Below are positions 1 through 8,904 of a DNA stretch of 64,000 nt, piece after piece. This stretch comes from an archaeon. Lineage in GTDB: Archaea > Nanobdellota > Nanobdellia > Pacearchaeales > JAPDKA01. The notes below the pieces were generated by a model, which saw only the letters and a list, made by a program, of their open reading frames with translations, did not search any database and had not been told where the DNA came from. The position numbers and the translations under genes were made by a program. Numbering within the stretch: the stretch's first letter is position 1; every line of letters starts with the position of its first letter. The stretch spans positions 101,797-165,796 of the forward strand of contig JAPDKA010000001.1 of NCBI GenBank assembly GCA_029258825.1, read 5' to 3'.

Positions 1-632
1 TTCATTGCATGCACTCTTATTCGCAATTGTAAATTCAAGTTGTGCCTTAAACCTTTATACTCTTTTATGATCTCTCTAATTGCCTGGCCTGTTTCTGCAC
101 TTTCAAGTTTTTCTTTAAGTTCGTTAAGTTTTGCAATTAATTCATCTATTTTTTCGATTATCTCTTGTTTCTGCTCGTCAGTTAGGTTTGCGTTATTTGT
201 TATTCTTTCTTTGACATTTTCTAATTGCATTATCGTATGGTTTAGTGCTCTCTCTAGCACACCTTTTGCAATATATCTACCTATCTCTCTAAGTTGTTTA
301 CACTCCTCGCTTTGATTTTCTTTACATGCCTTGACTCTCTGCTTTATTTCTTCCCTTGTTTCAGGGCTTGTTAGGAAATCGTGCAATGCCATACCTAAGT
401 TGCTATGCCAATGTTTTACTTTTTCGCTTATTTTTTCGCTTATCTTTTCTGTCATATCACTAACTTTATCAGTAATGCCTGGCGTATGACTTTCATTATC
501 GCCCTTTGGTGTATGTTGCTGTCCTTGGTTCATAAAATCGCCAAAATCTGGCTGGGCAACACTAGCAATACCTGAAAAACCTAACACAAGCAGTGCTAAA
601 ACCAAACCTGCAAATATTTTTTTCATTTTCAT
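1..632 (-). CDS. Secreted coiled-coil protein, 3' end runs off the window
   Basis: Not in the ORF track. Read manually from ATG 632/626: MKMKKIFAGLVLALLVLGFSGIASVAQPD (signal peptide), then a K/E-rich helical sequence with no stop to base 1. Confidence 0.8.
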   Translation of the reverse strand, partial: MKMKKIFAGLVLALLVLGFSGIASVAQPDFGDFMNQGQQHTPKGDNESHTPGITDKVSDMTEKISEKISEKVKHWHSNLGMALHDFLTSPETREEIKQRVKACKENQSEECKQLREIGRYIAKGVLERALNHTIMQLENVKERITNNANLTDEQKQEIIEKIDELIAKLNELKEKLESAETGQAIREIIKEYKGLRHNLNLQLRIRVHAM

Positions 633-673
633 TTTTATTTTTTTATTTTAATTTAATTTGGATTTGAGCATTA

Positions 674-1180
674 TTAAATGTTTTGATTTGAATATGATTT
701 TGAATCATCCGAATTTGAATAAAATGTATCCATAAACCAGTCGATAACACCATAACTAAGCGACACATTTATGCTTTTCATATATTTTTTATGTTCTTCT
801 GGTATGTCTAATCGTGGATAAACCCAAACAGCATTAGCCTTTCTCACGATGCCTGCAAGTAATTCGCTACTTTGACCATCCTTTAATTTTTCCTCTTTCA
901 ATTGCAATATATGTTCAAAGCTTGAAGGGGAAAATTCATCACAATTAATACAGTATTGACCACCCACATAACAGATTATTTCCATATTCATATCTAAACT
1001 GTTCTGCCTATCAACTTTCAAAACAAAATAATACCATTTTTCGCCTGTCTCATTTGATTTTTTTACAGGCATGACTAAGTAAAATCCTTCTGTGTATTTT
1101 GCACTTCTAAGTCCATCTATAAATGTCAGTAATTCTTCCAAATTTTTTGGTTTATCTGTTTTGTCTGTTGTTATGCACAT
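674..1180 (-). CDS. Hypothetical protein
   Basis: 168-aa ORF with no recognisable motif. Confidence 0.55.
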   Translation of the reverse strand: MCITTDKTDKPKNLEELLTFIDGLRSAKYTEGFYLVMPVKKSNETGEKWYYFVLKVDRQNSLDMNMEIICYVGGQYCINCDEFSPSSFEHILQLKEEKLKDGQSSELLAGIVRKANAVWVYPRLDIPEEHKKYMKSINVSLSYGVIDWFMDTFYSNSDDSKSYSNQNI

Positions 1181-1395
1181 TTTGTATTTTTATTTTGTTT
1201 ATTTTGGTTTAATTTGTTTGTTTTTAGTTTGTTTTGTTTATCATATCTACAAACCTATGCACCAATATTATTTATAAACATACTTTATTTTGCATGCTTT
1301 ATTTTGCTTTATTATGCTTTATTTCCATAAAATTTCGTAAAGCTTTTTTGTAAAGCCAGGGCAATGTTTATATAGTCTAAAACTATTAATTAAAC

Positions 1396-2100
1396 ATGAA
1401 AAAACAAAAAATGCAAGTAATGTTTAGCTTGATTTTACTGCTACTTATTTTTTCACTCATTTTGCCAGGCGCATTTGCTGCAAAGGTTTATGGCAATATT
1501 TATGGGCCGGGCTTGGAGCTACTCAATAATGCTATAGTCAAAGTCAACTCGACACCAGAACAGATTTATGTAGCTAAAAATGGCAAATATGTGTTTGAGT
1601 TGCCGCTTGGAATTTATAAAATCGAAGCATATTACCGAGATGATTATAGCGTTTATGCAGAAGAAATAGTTAACATACAAAAAGAAGGTAACTATATAAT
1701 TGACTTAATTTTGCTCGAACCTCTCGAAGAAGATTTATTCATAAATGATTCGATTATGGATGAGATAGAATCATTATTTATTGAAGAACCGAAAAGACAA
1801 CCAAGCGTATGGTTGTGGATAATAATAATTGTTATTGTTGTAGGCTTAATTATTTCTGGTATTTATGTATTGAAAAAAAGAAAAAAGCAACAAGCTGAAT
1901 TAATAAGCAGCGATGATGTAAAGCAAAAGATATTTGAAATAATAAAAAAAGAAAAACGAATATTGCAGAAAGAAATACGAAAACGGATTGGTATGAGTGA
2001 AGCAAAAGTTAGTTTGGTGCTTGCTGAGCTAGAAGCAGAAGGAAAAATAAAGAAGATAAAAAAAGGTAGAGGCAACATTATTATTTACAAGCATGATTGA
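1396..2100 (+). CDS. Membrane protein with extracellular beta domain and cytoplasmic winged-HTH (COG2512-like)
   Basis: Signal peptide, carboxypeptidase-regulatory-like beta domain, TM helix, C-terminal QKEIRKRIGMSEAKVSLVLAELEAEGKIKKIKKGRGN. Confidence 0.8.
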   Translation: MKKQKMQVMFSLILLLLIFSLILPGAFAAKVYGNIYGPGLELLNNAIVKVNSTPEQIYVAKNGKYVFELPLGIYKIEAYYRDDYSVYAEEIVNIQKEGNYIIDLILLEPLEEDLFINDSIMDEIESLFIEEPKRQPSVWLWIIIIVIVVGLIISGIYVLKKRKKQQAELISSDDVKQKIFEIIKKEKRILQKEIRKRIGMSEAKVSLVLAELEAEGKIKKIKKGRGNIIIYKHD

Positions 2101-2163
2101 TAAAGAAATAAAAGAGCTGATAAAATAAACTTTTTAAATCGTTAGTCATTTCCTATAATGTTT

Positions 2164-2236
2164 GGCCCCGTGGTCTAGTGGTTAAGACGCTGCCCTCACA
2201 TGGCAGAGATCCCAGGTTCGAATCCTGGCGGGGCCA
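2164..2236 (+). tRNA. tRNA-Val(CAC)
   Basis: Cloverleaf GGCCCCG...CGGGGCC-A, anticodon arm CTGCC-CTCACAT-GGCAG, T-loop TTCGAAT. Confidence 0.95.
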
Positions 2237-2255
2237 CTTATTCATAATTTCCTTT

Positions 2256-3299
2256 TTATTCATTTTTTTCAAATACACCTATCAACTCTTTTTTATTTGA
2301 ATATAGGTTTAATATATTTCTCAATTTGAAATTTTTACTCATTCTCGAAACGATATTCTTCAAGGTTTCATCAATTTTGTAAGGTAAAAAAATTTTGAAC
2401 GTAGTAATAACTAAAGCATTATTAACCAATAATTTAGAAACTTTATTAAGTAAATCTACTGTATGAAGAGGTGGTAAATTCATATCATTAACAAGTAAAT
2501 CAAATTTTTTAGGAAGGATACCTAATACTTCTTCTATTTTTTTCTTTATATGGTTAACTTTACCAACAATTCTAGGGTCAAGTTCTGCGGGATCAATAGA
2601 GGTGACATTTAAATGGTGATCTAACAAAACTTTAGACCATCCACCCGGAGAAGCACCAATATCTAAAGCATTTTTAAAAAGATTTAAATTTATTTTAAGA
2701 CGAGATATAACTTCCAACAATTTAAATTGAGATCTACAAATTATTTCAGATTTACTTTTCCTGTACCAAAAACGAAACGGGTCCAAATACATATATAATA
2801 GATTTTCAATATTTGTGATAGATAAATAACAAGTATTCTTATAAAGAATTATTGCAACAATCTGCTTTGGATTAACGAAATCTGCCTGATAGTCCGTAAT
2901 AGTTTCGATCGCTTTTCCTAATCTAACTTCGATTTCCCTAGCTTTCAACTTAGTATTATAAGTTAAACACTGAATAAAAAAAGATGTATTAATTTTTGAA
3001 ACAATATAATCTTGGAGAATGGATAGATTATCATTAAGATTATAAAATATCTTATCTACAAATAAAATATTCCTTATAAAACAAATTTTCTCGGATTTTA
3101 ATTTTTGTACAATTTTTTGTTTAATATTTTCTAAATTCTCTCCACACTCGTGTAATATAAAGTTAAAAAAATAGATAGAATCAAACAAACGCTTGAAAAA
3201 GTAATTCTTAATATTAAAATCCGCAGACATAGATCTAAGTTGAGTTATAGCTTGCTTTTTGAAATAGTTAGATATGAATAAAATGCCCTGAACCTCCAT
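2256..3299 (-). CDS. THUMP + FtsJ-type RNA 2'-O-methyltransferase (RlmM-like)
   Basis: THUMP-like N-half (EIEVRLGK..ADFVNPK), then CRSQFKLLE, LDIGASPGGWS, IDPAELD, LVNDMN, TFK, NKKE, matching the K-D-K-E tetrad pattern. Confidence 0.75.
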   Translation of the reverse strand: MEVQGILFISNYFKKQAITQLRSMSADFNIKNYFFKRLFDSIYFFNFILHECGENLENIKQKIVQKLKSEKICFIRNILFVDKIFYNLNDNLSILQDYIVSKINTSFFIQCLTYNTKLKAREIEVRLGKAIETITDYQADFVNPKQIVAIILYKNTCYLSITNIENLLYMYLDPFRFWYRKSKSEIICRSQFKLLEVISRLKINLNLFKNALDIGASPGGWSKVLLDHHLNVTSIDPAELDPRIVGKVNHIKKKIEEVLGILPKKFDLLVNDMNLPPLHTVDLLNKVSKLLVNNALVITTFKIFLPYKIDETLKNIVSRMSKNFKLRNILNLYSNKKELIGVFEKNE

Positions 3300-3417
3300 A
3301 AAAAATAATAAATCGAAGTAATAAAAATTTTATTTTTATTTTGATTTTATAATTTGTTATCCCTACCAAATAGTTACAAACCAAAAGATTTATAAATAAG
3401 AGTTGCTTATTAACATT

Positions 3418-4572
3418 ATGACAACCCTAAGTATAACAAAAAGAGGGAAAGCCAACTATCTTGAAGAAAAGGTAAGCAAAGTCGGATGGTTTACTGACAA
3501 AATCAACAAAATAAAAGCGACAGCCGATATTGTGCTAGACCAATTATTATTATGGGGTGCTACAGCTAGCAGCATGGTTTACGGAATTTACAAAATAGCA
3601 GAAAAACTGCCAGATGGCTTTAATGATATAGCATGTGCGTTATATGGTGCAGCTATGCCTTTTGTAATATCTAAGATAGTTTATCCATTATCAAAAAAAC
3701 TAGCAAGATTTGACAAAGAAAAGTTAAAACAAGTAAAACAAAATTACTGTAGTAAGCTAAAAATTGCCTCATGGCTAAAAACAGCCATGCTTACACTTGC
3801 TTTTTACTTTCCAGCCATGCAAGCAGCAGAAAAAACTGAAAACTTTTACTATGCTTATGTCATAGGCCCAAAAATAAGTCAAGTAGTGCTTGATGAAAAA
3901 GATTCTAGCAACTTGCAACTTGCAGCTATTGGCAGAATACAAAGAACAGAAAGGTGGTTACCGTTAATTAGACAATATGAAGAAAAGTTTGGCATGCCAG
4001 AATTCACACTTTACGCAATGGTCATGGAAGAAAGTTACGGAGACCCTTTACAAATAAATAAATATGATGGTGGTGCTGGACTGGTTCATTGTCAACCAGC
4101 ATCTTGGTTAGAGAGAAAAAAAGTAGGACCAAACAATGAAGAAGCCAAAGTATTCTATGATGCAAATGTACTAGCAAGTAACGAATATGGCAAAAAACTA
4201 GAAAACATGATAGAATCTGCAGGATATGATTTAGAAGCTATTTCAAAAATAGACAACAGATTTGATGTAAAAGTAAATTTATATGAAATTGCTGAGATAT
4301 GGGGAGAACACTATGAATACTTTAAGTCGTTAGGCTACAGCAATGAAATTGCAAAAAAAGCAGCCATAGCAGCAATACATACTGGCAGACATGGTGTTTT
4401 TGTTAAACCAGGAGTGTTTAGCAAAAGAGCAAAACGTTATCTACGCAGGATACAACAATGGAGAAATGCGCGAATGAATCCAGCAATAATGAAGTTGGCA
4501 AAAAAAAGATTCAATGAGAAAAATAAGATACCATTTTCCAGATATGTAAAATACTTTTGGATGAGATATTAA
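3418..4572 (+). CDS. Membrane-anchored lytic transglycosylase (SLT / lysozyme-like fold)
   Basis: N-terminal hydrophobic segments; WLPLIRQYEEKFGMPEFTLYAMVMEESYGDPLQINKYDGGAGLVHCQP matches SLT motifs I (ES) and II. Confidence 0.75.
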   Translation: MTTLSITKRGKANYLEEKVSKVGWFTDKINKIKATADIVLDQLLLWGATASSMVYGIYKIAEKLPDGFNDIACALYGAAMPFVISKIVYPLSKKLARFDKEKLKQVKQNYCSKLKIASWLKTAMLTLAFYFPAMQAAEKTENFYYAYVIGPKISQVVLDEKDSSNLQLAAIGRIQRTERWLPLIRQYEEKFGMPEFTLYAMVMEESYGDPLQINKYDGGAGLVHCQPASWLERKKVGPNNEEAKVFYDANVLASNEYGKKLENMIESAGYDLEAISKIDNRFDVKVNLYEIAEIWGEHYEYFKSLGYSNEIAKKAAIAAIHTGRHGVFVKPGVFSKRAKRYLRRIQQWRNARMNPAIMKLAKKRFNEKNKIPFSRYVKYFWMRY

Positions 4573-4611
4573 TACAGTTAATTTTTTAAACAATTCTGTG
4601 CTTAAAGCTGC

Positions 4612-6078
4612 ATGGAAAAACAACAAAACATAAAGCAAAAGTTGCCAGACAAGTTTAGTAACTTTAGCGAGTGGTACCAGCAATTAATTTTACGTAGCGG
4701 GCTTGCAGATTACAGTAGTGTTTCTGGATGTATTGTTTACAGGCCATTAGCTTATGCTATATGGGAAAAGATTATGCAAGAGGTTGATAAAAGGTTCAAG
4801 CAACTTGGTATTAAAAATTGTTATTTTCCGTTGTTCATTCCTGAAAAGCTGTTTGAAAAAGAAGCTGAACACATAGCAGGCTTTAAACCAGAAGTTGCAT
4901 GGGTGACTCACGCTGGTGACACAAAACTTGCTGAACGATTAGCAGTAAGGCCAACCAGCGAAGCAATTATGTATGCCTCATACAGCAAATGGATAAGAAG
5001 CTGGCGAGATCTGCCGCTAAAACTCAACCAATGGAACAATGTTGTTAGATGGGAATTTAAACATCCTGTCCCATTCTTGCGCGGCAGGGAATTTTTATGG
5101 AATGAAGGTCATAATGCTTACGCTACTGAAAAAGAAGCAATGGAAGATTTATGGAAAATACTAAACATCTACAAAGATGTTTGCGAAAATATTCTTGCTT
5201 TATATGGCATAGTTGGCAAAAAAACAGAACTAGAAAAGTTTGCTGGAGCAGTATCAAGCTATGCCATTGAATTTTTATTGCCAAACGGTAAAGCAGCTCA
5301 AGGCCCAGACGCACATTTTGATGGAGAGAATTTTGCTAAAGCATATGACATATGCTTTCTTGATCAACAACAACAAAAAAGATATGTGCAACAGATCACC
5401 TATGCTATTTCAACAAGAATGATAGGGGTAATGGTTGCTATACATAGCGACAATCATGGTTTAGTATTGCCACCCAAAGTGGCACCAACAAAGATAGTTA
5501 TCATACCTATATTTGATAAACAAACAAAGCAAAACGTGCTTGACTATGCTAAACAAGTAAAATCAGAATTAGTAAAGCTGTTAAGCAATTCAGATAGCGA
5601 TGCAATTATTATTGATGACAGAGAGCAATACACACCAGGATATAAATTTAATGAATACGAACTTAAAGGAGTGCCGGTTAGAATCGAGATAGGTATGAGA
5701 GATATTGAGCAAGAAAGCGTAACTGTATTTAGGCGAGATACATTAGAAAGATTTACCATAAAATTAAGCCAACTTAGCAAAATAAAAGAATTGCTTGATG
5801 AAATACAAAAAAATCTTTTCGAGAAAGCAAAACAATTTTTATTGAGCAACGTTGTTACAGTAAACAACATTGATGAATTAAAGCAAGCAATAGCAAACAA
5901 GAAGATGGCAAAAGCAAACTTCTGCTGCACAAAAGAATGTGAACAAAATATAGCTGAACAACTTGAAGCAATAACACCACGTGTAATAGCGTTAGATGAG
6001 AAGCCTAACGAAAACGATAAATGCATTTTCTGCGGCAAGAAAGCACAAGCCGTTGTGTATTTTGCTAGATCTTATTAA
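4612..6078 (+). CDS. proS: Prolyl-tRNA synthetase, archaeal/eukaryotic type
   Basis: VRPTSE, QWNNVVRWE, FLRGREFLWNEGH, C-terminal FARSY. Confidence 0.97.
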   Translation: MEKQQNIKQKLPDKFSNFSEWYQQLILRSGLADYSSVSGCIVYRPLAYAIWEKIMQEVDKRFKQLGIKNCYFPLFIPEKLFEKEAEHIAGFKPEVAWVTHAGDTKLAERLAVRPTSEAIMYASYSKWIRSWRDLPLKLNQWNNVVRWEFKHPVPFLRGREFLWNEGHNAYATEKEAMEDLWKILNIYKDVCENILALYGIVGKKTELEKFAGAVSSYAIEFLLPNGKAAQGPDAHFDGENFAKAYDICFLDQQQQKRYVQQITYAISTRMIGVMVAIHSDNHGLVLPPKVAPTKIVIIPIFDKQTKQNVLDYAKQVKSELVKLLSNSDSDAIIIDDREQYTPGYKFNEYELKGVPVRIEIGMRDIEQESVTVFRRDTLERFTIKLSQLSKIKELLDEIQKNLFEKAKQFLLSNVVTVNNIDELKQAIANKKMAKANFCCTKECEQNIAEQLEAITPRVIALDEKPNENDKCIFCGKKAQAVVYFARSY

Positions 6079-6532
6079 GTTTAAACGCATTAACAACAAC
6101 AAAATCAACACAACTAGCATAGTTGGATATTATTGATTTGTCTTTTAATAAGTTTGGATTATATATTAATACATGTAAACCTGCATACTTGCCAAACTTT
6201 TTCTTTATTTTTTCATTTAGAATGCTTCTATCTTGACAAGAAAAAGTTGGTGCGTATTCTAACACATAACCATCAACTTCAAAACCAGCTACGTGAGTAG
6301 GAAATTTTATATCATCAAGCACTAAATCACATATTTCTCCAACAAATACCAACTTTGCTTCATTATACAAACTATTTATTAACCTTTGCTTCAAATAAGT
6401 TTTTCCGTGAGTGCTGAAGGGCGCATAAATAACTAAAATTATTTTGTTTCTGTTTGATTTAGATGACTTAGCCAGCTCTTTAACACGTTGCACAATTTCA
6501 TTAATGGCTTTCTCTATTTTTAGCTCTAACAT
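6065..6532 (-). CDS. Hypothetical protein with possible degenerate P-loop
   Basis: ILVIYAPFSTHGKTYL resembles a Walker A; stop overlaps the proS 3' end. Confidence 0.5.
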   Translation of the reverse strand: MLELKIEKAINEIVQRVKELAKSSKSNRNKIILVIYAPFSTHGKTYLKQRLINSLYNEAKLVFVGEICDLVLDDIKFPTHVAGFEVDGYVLEYAPTFSCQDRSILNEKIKKKFGKYAGLHVLIYNPNLLKDKSIISNYASCVDFVVVNAFKLNKI

Positions 6533-6568
6533 AAAAAACTAGCGTAACGTGTATTTTTATATTTTTTA

Positions 6569-7063
6569 TTACAGCTTTAAAAGGAAATTTTCTATTTTTT
6601 GTCTAAAATTGGCAAGGTCATTCTCGTTCAAGTTTACTACAATATCCTCAAAAGAAATAATAAAAATCTTCGCTTCATTCAACATTTTTCTTATCTCATT
6701 CGCTCTCCCAATTTTGAGGTAGTATTGAGCATCAATTCTTTTTTCTTTGTGTTTCTCTATCATTTTTACTTTTTCTTCACCTAAAAGAAGTTTGGTAAGT
6801 AAAATAGAACATAAATGGTTTTCACATTTTAAACCTATTCTTGTAAGAAAAGAATACAAAGCATAATATTCAGCGTAGTAAATCATAACAGTTGTCCACA
6901 AAAAATCTCTTTGAGTTAACATAATTTCAGCACTTTTTAAACTAGATTTTGCTAATTGTAAATAAGAGCTTGCTATATTTTCGCTTGGTCTTGTTATTTT
7001 TATTTCCTTTTTTTTAAAACACCATTTAAGTTTATCTAAGTTAGCCCTGTTAGCTCTTTTCAT
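6569..7063 (-). CDS. HEPN domain protein
   Basis: YYAEYYAL, CENH, KRIDAQYY; overlaps the upstream MNT gene. Confidence 0.85.
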   Translation of the reverse strand: MKRANRANLDKLKWCFKKKEIKITRPSENIASSYLQLAKSSLKSAEIMLTQRDFLWTTVMIYYAEYYALYSFLTRIGLKCENHLCSILLTKLLLGEEKVKMIEKHKEKRIDAQYYLKIGRANEIRKMLNEAKIFIISFEDIVVNLNENDLANFRQKIENFLLKL

Positions 7064-7613
7064 AGTATTCCCAAAGTTTATTTACAAAGTATGAATGGTT
7101 GGTTAATATAACATGATTTTCTAATATTTCTTTTATTAGGGCCTGTCCCTCGCTAAGAAATTTTTCAAATTGTTTTTTTGTAATCTTAATTTGATGTATT
7201 TTATAGGGTAAGAGATAATAAGGAAGATCGCCATTGCCGATTATTAATAAATCCAGATCGCTATTAATGTCTGCTTTATATGTAGAAAAAGAACCAAAAA
7301 CAACTAAACAAGCATCTATCTTTTCTTTAAGAAATGACTTAAAGTGCTTGTATTTCTCAATAAAATTTATAGTTTTGTTTATTTCAGCTATGATTAAATA
7401 AAGTTTTGTTTTTATATTTTGAAGATTTAAAAAATAGTATTTGTTCTTGCCTTCCATCTTGGACTTAATTATTTTTTCTTTTTCAAGTTCATTAAGCAAT
7501 CGTTGTGTAGTGCGCAGTGGCAATCGTGATAAAGCAGAAATTTGTCTAAGATAATATTTTTCCTTAAAGTTACTTAGATATAATTCTAAAATTTTGTATC
7601 TTTTTTGATACAT
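7050..7613 (-). CDS. wHTH-minimal nucleotidyltransferase (MNT)
   Basis: N-terminal HTH, VFGSFS..ADINSDLDLLII; likely start ATG 7613, just downstream of a TATA box. Confidence 0.85.
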   Translation of the reverse strand: MYQKRYKILELYLSNFKEKYYLRQISALSRLPLRTTQRLLNELEKEKIIKSKMEGKNKYYFLNLQNIKTKLYLIIAEINKTINFIEKYKHFKSFLKEKIDACLVVFGSFSTYKADINSDLDLLIIGNGDLPYYLLPYKIHQIKITKKQFEKFLSEGQALIKEILENHVILTNHSYFVNKLWEYYEKS

Positions 7614-7623
7614 ATGTATCAAA
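7604..7623. promoter_or_regulatory. 20-bp perfect palindrome over the MNT start codon (putative operator)
   Basis: tttgatacat|atgtatcaaa, with a further half-site (tgatacat) immediately adjacent. Confidence 0.6.
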
Positions 7624-7710
7624 TATGATACATATTTAAAAACCTTTCGATATCTTTGGACCTTTCGATAAAACTTTAGAAAAACAATAAAACCAATTAA
7701 ACTTTTAAAA

Positions 7711-8451
7711 TTACAACTCAACTGCAAACCTTAATACAGGCACACTGGCATTAAGTGGCTTAACAAAAAACCATGCAGTATTGATTGTTGCATTTACTTC
7801 TTGGGTGATTGGTAGTATGCTAACATTAACTGCATAAGTTGTTGCAATTTCATCAAGACATTCAATGCATATATAGCCAGGATTTTCAGCATAGTTGTTA
7901 ATTATAGCATGACTTGCATTAATAAGATTATATAAGCTAAGATCGCTATAAACTTGAATTAGTTTTCTCGCTCTATACAATTGTTTGCTTAGGTGTAATC
8001 TGCACTGCATCATTGTTACTTGTTGCATTGTTTCAACCTTGTAACATTTAAGAGAAACCTTAAATCCAGAAATGCTATTGCTGCAGTTCTGGTTGCTATT
8101 AAAATACTGCAAAATAGCATTATCAACTGCTTGCAATTCTGGAATTACTGCAGTTGAATTGACATAGTATAATGCAACTGTGTGATTTGCATAACTAACA
8201 GAAACATTTTGAGGCACAACAAAATAGCCAGAACGCTTGGCTATTTCAATTATAGCTTTATCAAGAACTACAGCAGCACATTGCTTTTGCGAATCAACAA
8301 TATTGCGGACAGTTTCAGCATAATGCAGCGTTAAACGACGATAATAAAAAGAAAAGCTTATTCCTGCAACAATAACAATCAGAGCAATAATAACAAACAA
8401 TGCAAGCTGTGCTTGTTTTTGCATTTTTACTTTTCTACCTCTTTTTTTCAT
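7711..8451 (-). CDS. Surface protein with class III (pilin-like) signal peptide
   Basis: KQAQ-LALFVIIALIVIVAG N-terminus, Cys-containing ectodomain, many N-x-S/T sequons. Confidence 0.65.
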   Translation of the reverse strand: MKKRGRKVKMQKQAQLALFVIIALIVIVAGISFSFYYRRLTLHYAETVRNIVDSQKQCAAVVLDKAIIEIAKRSGYFVVPQNVSVSYANHTVALYYVNSTAVIPELQAVDNAILQYFNSNQNCSNSISGFKVSLKCYKVETMQQVTMMQCRLHLSKQLYRARKLIQVYSDLSLYNLINASHAIINNYAENPGYICIECLDEIATTYAVNVSILPITQEVNATINTAWFFVKPLNASVPVLRFAVEL

Positions 8452-8482
8452 CTTTAAATATCAAGCTTAGTTTAAAATACTT

Positions 8483-8818
8483 TTACTCAACTTTCGCGCC
8501 AACATCAATAGATGTGTCTGTAGTTAACAACACTATCTTGCTCTTATCAGCATTAACTGCTGCAAGAAGCATACCATCGCTTTTCACACCTCTAATTACT
8601 GCTGGCTCTAAATTTGTAAGCATAATGATGGTTTTGCCTAACAACTGTTCTTTAGCGTAATGCTGTTTTATTCCTGCAACAATCTGGCGTTGTTCATTGC
8701 CTAAATCGACTTTCAACACATAAAGTTTATCTGCGTTTGGATGATCAGCCACATCAATTATTTTTGCTACCCTTATGTCAAGTTTTTTCCATTCATCAAA
8801 GCTAATGCGTTTTTGCAT
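8483..8818 (-). CDS. tRNA-binding OB-fold protein (Trbp111 / stand-alone MetRS C-terminal domain)
   Basis: LDIRVAKI..HPNADKLYVLKVDLG..RQIVAGI..NLEPAVIRGVKSDGMLLAA. Confidence 0.9.
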   Translation of the reverse strand: MQKRISFDEWKKLDIRVAKIIDVADHPNADKLYVLKVDLGNEQRQIVAGIKQHYAKEQLLGKTIIMLTNLEPAVIRGVKSDGMLLAAVNADKSKIVLLTTDTSIDVGAKVE

Positions 8819-8904
8819 GATTTGACAAAGCTGTAGGCATTTTAAAATTTAACTATAGCTCAGTAAACGAAATGTTAATAAAGTAGAAATAGAAAATTTT
8901 ATTC

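Noticed and set aside
2164-3400. Integrated element at tRNA-Val
   Set aside because: No duplicated tRNA 3' end, integrase or phage/plasmid genes seen in the window.
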